A stretch of DNA of 64,000 nt from contig DAOULY010000017.1 in assembly GCA_034414595.1 (NCBI GenBank), positions 75,068 to 139,067 of the forward strand, in the 5' to 3' direction. Both the position numbers and the translations under genes were made by a program. This DNA is from Dehalococcoidia bacterium. Its GTDB lineage: Bacteria > Chloroflexota > Dehalococcoidia > SZUA-161 > JAUWZY01. Of the stretch, positions 62,044 to 64,000 are shown piece by piece (positions within the stretch are counted from its first letter, which is position 1; each line of letters starts with the position of its first letter). The notes beneath the pieces are model-generated. The model had not been told where the DNA came from. It searched no databases and worked only from the letters and a program-made list of their open reading frames with translations.

Positions 62044-64000
62044 CTAAGCTGCTTGCTCCTTTGCCATTCTTGCCAGATCGAGACGGTTAATGTAGCGAAT
62101 CCCTGGAACCTGAGAGACCAGCATGATCAATATGACCAGCCCAATGGTCAGTAGGTAGGTTCGGGGATAGATGGACAGATCGAAGCTCATCATGTCGCTC
62201 TGGAAGAGACTGAAGAAGTACAGTGATAGGGCATAGCCCAGAAGAATTCCCGGGACAAGCCCTGCTAATCCCAGCAACAGGTTCTCAATGGTGAGCATAG
62301 CACCAATCCTGCCTTTGCCTTCCCCCAGGGTGCGCATAGTGGCGCTCTCGCGGCGGCGCTCCAGAATATTCACGGTGACGGTGGTAAAGACAATGGCCAG
62401 GGACAGCGCAGCACCGAATCCGAGCATTACCCACATCATGCCACGAAACAATCCCATCAGATCGTTGACCATTTCTTGGCTTTCCGTGGTAAGCTCGACA
62501 GAGGCAACGTCTGGAATCTGGTAGGCTTTTTCCCTGATAGAATCCAGACGCCCTGGCTCGACACCCAACATGAGGCCACTGATCACGGACTGGCCTCCGG
62601 CGAGTTCCTGCGCCTGCTCTAGAGTTACATAGCCAAAGCTGCCCATGGGCTGCTTTACGAATCCAGCTACGTCAAGCTGCTGGAGAGCAGAGGAGGAGCT
62701 TAGGGTGATAATATCGCCAGTATCTATGTCCAGCTCACTGCGCAAACCTTCGCTTAGCAGGATTTCTCCATCATTAATATCTACGCGATCCCCAGCGGTG
62801 GAGTACAAACCATAAAGTTCAGAGTCTGGGGGAAGCCCTACCGCCAGCGTGGAATAGGTCTTATCTTGGTGCTCCAGTCTGGTCGGGATCTGAAGAACAG
62901 GTTCAAGTTTCTCTACCTCGTCCCAGCTCTTTACTTGCTCACTCAAGGTTGCTGGCTGGAGTTGGGCGAAATCGATCTTCGCATCGTACCTTTGAATCTG
63001 GTTGAATTGTAGGTTCATTAGAGAGTCAATGGAATCAATGAAGACGGCCGAAACCAAGATTAAGCTGATGCCGAAGGCAACGCCGATGACGGTGTAGAGG
63101 CTGCGGCGACGGCTGCGAAAGATGTTGCGCAGTGGTATTTTCCACAGGAGAGACAGCCTGGCAAAGAAGGGTAATATACGTTCTAGCATAAGCTTTCTGC
63201 CGGCAGCTGGGGGTGGTGTACGCATGGCCTCGGCGGGGTTGAGGCGGGAGGCGACGTAGGCAGGGATAATCCCACCGATGACGCAGGGGAAAATCCCTGC
63301 AAATAGGCCTTCTTCTATCGCTAGCCACTCTATCCAGCCCATTTTTGTGATGGTGTAAGGAAGCCCTAGCATCCCAACGTAGAGCTTGGTCACAAGCGCT
63401 GAGAGCAGATAGCCAGCTACAGTCCCGGCGATAGCCCCCACGATTCCGATGGTGAGGGCAAAGCTCAGGTAATGAACGAGGAGCTGGCGACGGGAATAGC
63501 CAACTGCCCGCATCAGGCCGATCTGTGACCTCTGATTGTGGACGATTCTAGTGAGTAGAATATACGTGGCCAGTGCCCCCACGATGAGGAAGAGAGCGGG
63601 AAAGGCCTCGGCAATTTCCCCGAATCCTTGCAAGTCCATGCTGAGGGCAGCATTGCTCGGTTGGTCTTCACGGGTGACTACGTCGGTTACCCCGTAGGGC
63701 TCCAGTGTCTCTTCAACGGCGGTAATTATTGTGTTCCTGTCCGCTCCAGCATCAATGAGAAAGCAAAACTGGTTTACAATCTGTTTCCCGAGGAGCCCGG
63801 TCGCCGTGTCATGAGTGACGAAGACAACTCCAAAAGTTTCAGGAGAGGCCAGTAGTTCCTGACGACTCTTGGCAGGCCATATGTACTCCGGGCTGGTGGC
63901 GATTCCGGCAACGCTGAGGTTCGTTTTCTGGTTATTCACTGTGAGCGATACGGCATCCCCAAGATTCAATCCATGATGTTCGGCGAAGCTCTTTTCCACC
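62044..64000 (-). CDS. ABC transporter permease with two FtsX-type domains (MacB-like), 5' end probably outside the window
   Basis: The ORF of more than 651 aa runs to the window edge. Two 4-TM FtsX modules (GLMRAVGYSRRQL..., TMRTLGEGKGRI...) are separated by a large extracytoplasmic domain. Confidence 0.75.
   Translation of the reverse strand, partial: VEKSFAEHHGLNLGDAVSLTVNNQKTNLSVAGIATSPEYIWPAKSRQELLASPETFGVVFVTHDTATGLLGKQIVNQFCFLIDAGADRNTIITAVEETLEPYGVTDVVTREDQPSNAALSMDLQGFGEIAEAFPALFLIVGALATYILLTRIVHNQRSQIGLMRAVGYSRRQLLVHYLSFALTIGIVGAIAGTVAGYLLSALVTKLYVGMLGLPYTITKMGWIEWLAIEEGLFAGIFPCVIGGIIPAYVASRLNPAEAMRTPPPAAGRKLMLERILPFFARLSLLWKIPLRNIFRSRRRSLYTVIGVAFGISLILVSAVFIDSIDSLMNLQFNQIQRYDAKIDFAQLQPATLSEQVKSWDEVEKLEPVLQIPTRLEHQDKTYSTLAVGLPPDSELYGLYSTAGDRVDINDGEILLSEGLRSELDIDTGDIITLSSSSALQQLDVAGFVKQPMGSFGYVTLEQAQELAGGQSVISGLMLGVEPGRLDSIREKAYQIPDVASVELTTESQEMVNDLMGLFRGMMWVMLGFGAALSLAIVFTTVTVNILERRRESATMRTLGEGKGRIGAMLTIENLLLGLAGLVPGILLGYALSLYFFSLFQSDMMSFDLSIYPRTYLLTIGLVILIMLVSQVPGIRYINRLDLARMAKEQAA

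Noticed and set aside
61809-62090. 93-aa plus-strand ORF between the MMPL and FtsX genes
   Set aside because: It overlaps the ends of both convergent genes and has no RBS. The region is more plausibly a shared 3' untranslated or terminator zone, and only a weak bulged inverted repeat was seen.

Overview
Bacterial chromosomal window, densely coded, about 50% GC by eye. Rubrerythrin, an iron-sulfur flavoprotein, several radical-SAM enzymes, DUF1616 and a DUF5679 zinc ribbon hint at an anaerobic Chloroflexota-like host, but that is inference only. Left part (1-15 kb): a GT2 / radical-SAM-SPASM / methyltransferase / DUF362 operon, then RNase P RNA (rnpB) directly downstream of an RNase HI-like gene and a COG1579 zinc-ribbon gene. 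After those come a UPF0261/Tm-1-like protein and an FAD oxidoreductase. Next is a 989-aa protein of 11 tandem IPT/TIG-like repeats ending in a collagen-like GXY tail, then rubrerythrin, a DagK-family lipid kinase and a NERD-domain membrane protein. Centre (15-56 kb): one very large glycan biosynthesis locus of about 41 kb and about 40 genes. It holds a WaaL/Wzy_C-like protein, a Wzx flippase, GT2/GT4 transferases and an L-HexNAc-type triad. It also holds a heptose module with a decayed gmhB, two diverged split-transketolase pairs and a B12-radical-SAM enzyme. A cytidylyltransferase-NeuB fusion, a GT2-cytidylyltransferase fusion, many methyl/acetyl-modifying enzymes and a TviB/TviC-like pair complete it. 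The locus carries recombination scars: a diverged junction repeat in three copies, with truncated gene remnants, flanks a 3-kb inserted module. Right part (56-64 kb): a PAS histidine kinase translationally coupled to the iron-sulfur flavoprotein, the small zinc-ribbon gene, an MMPL/RND transporter and a partial FtsX-type ABC permease. No CRISPR array, rRNA, tRNA or intact mobile element was seen. All family calls come from motif recognition by eye, and no searches were run.
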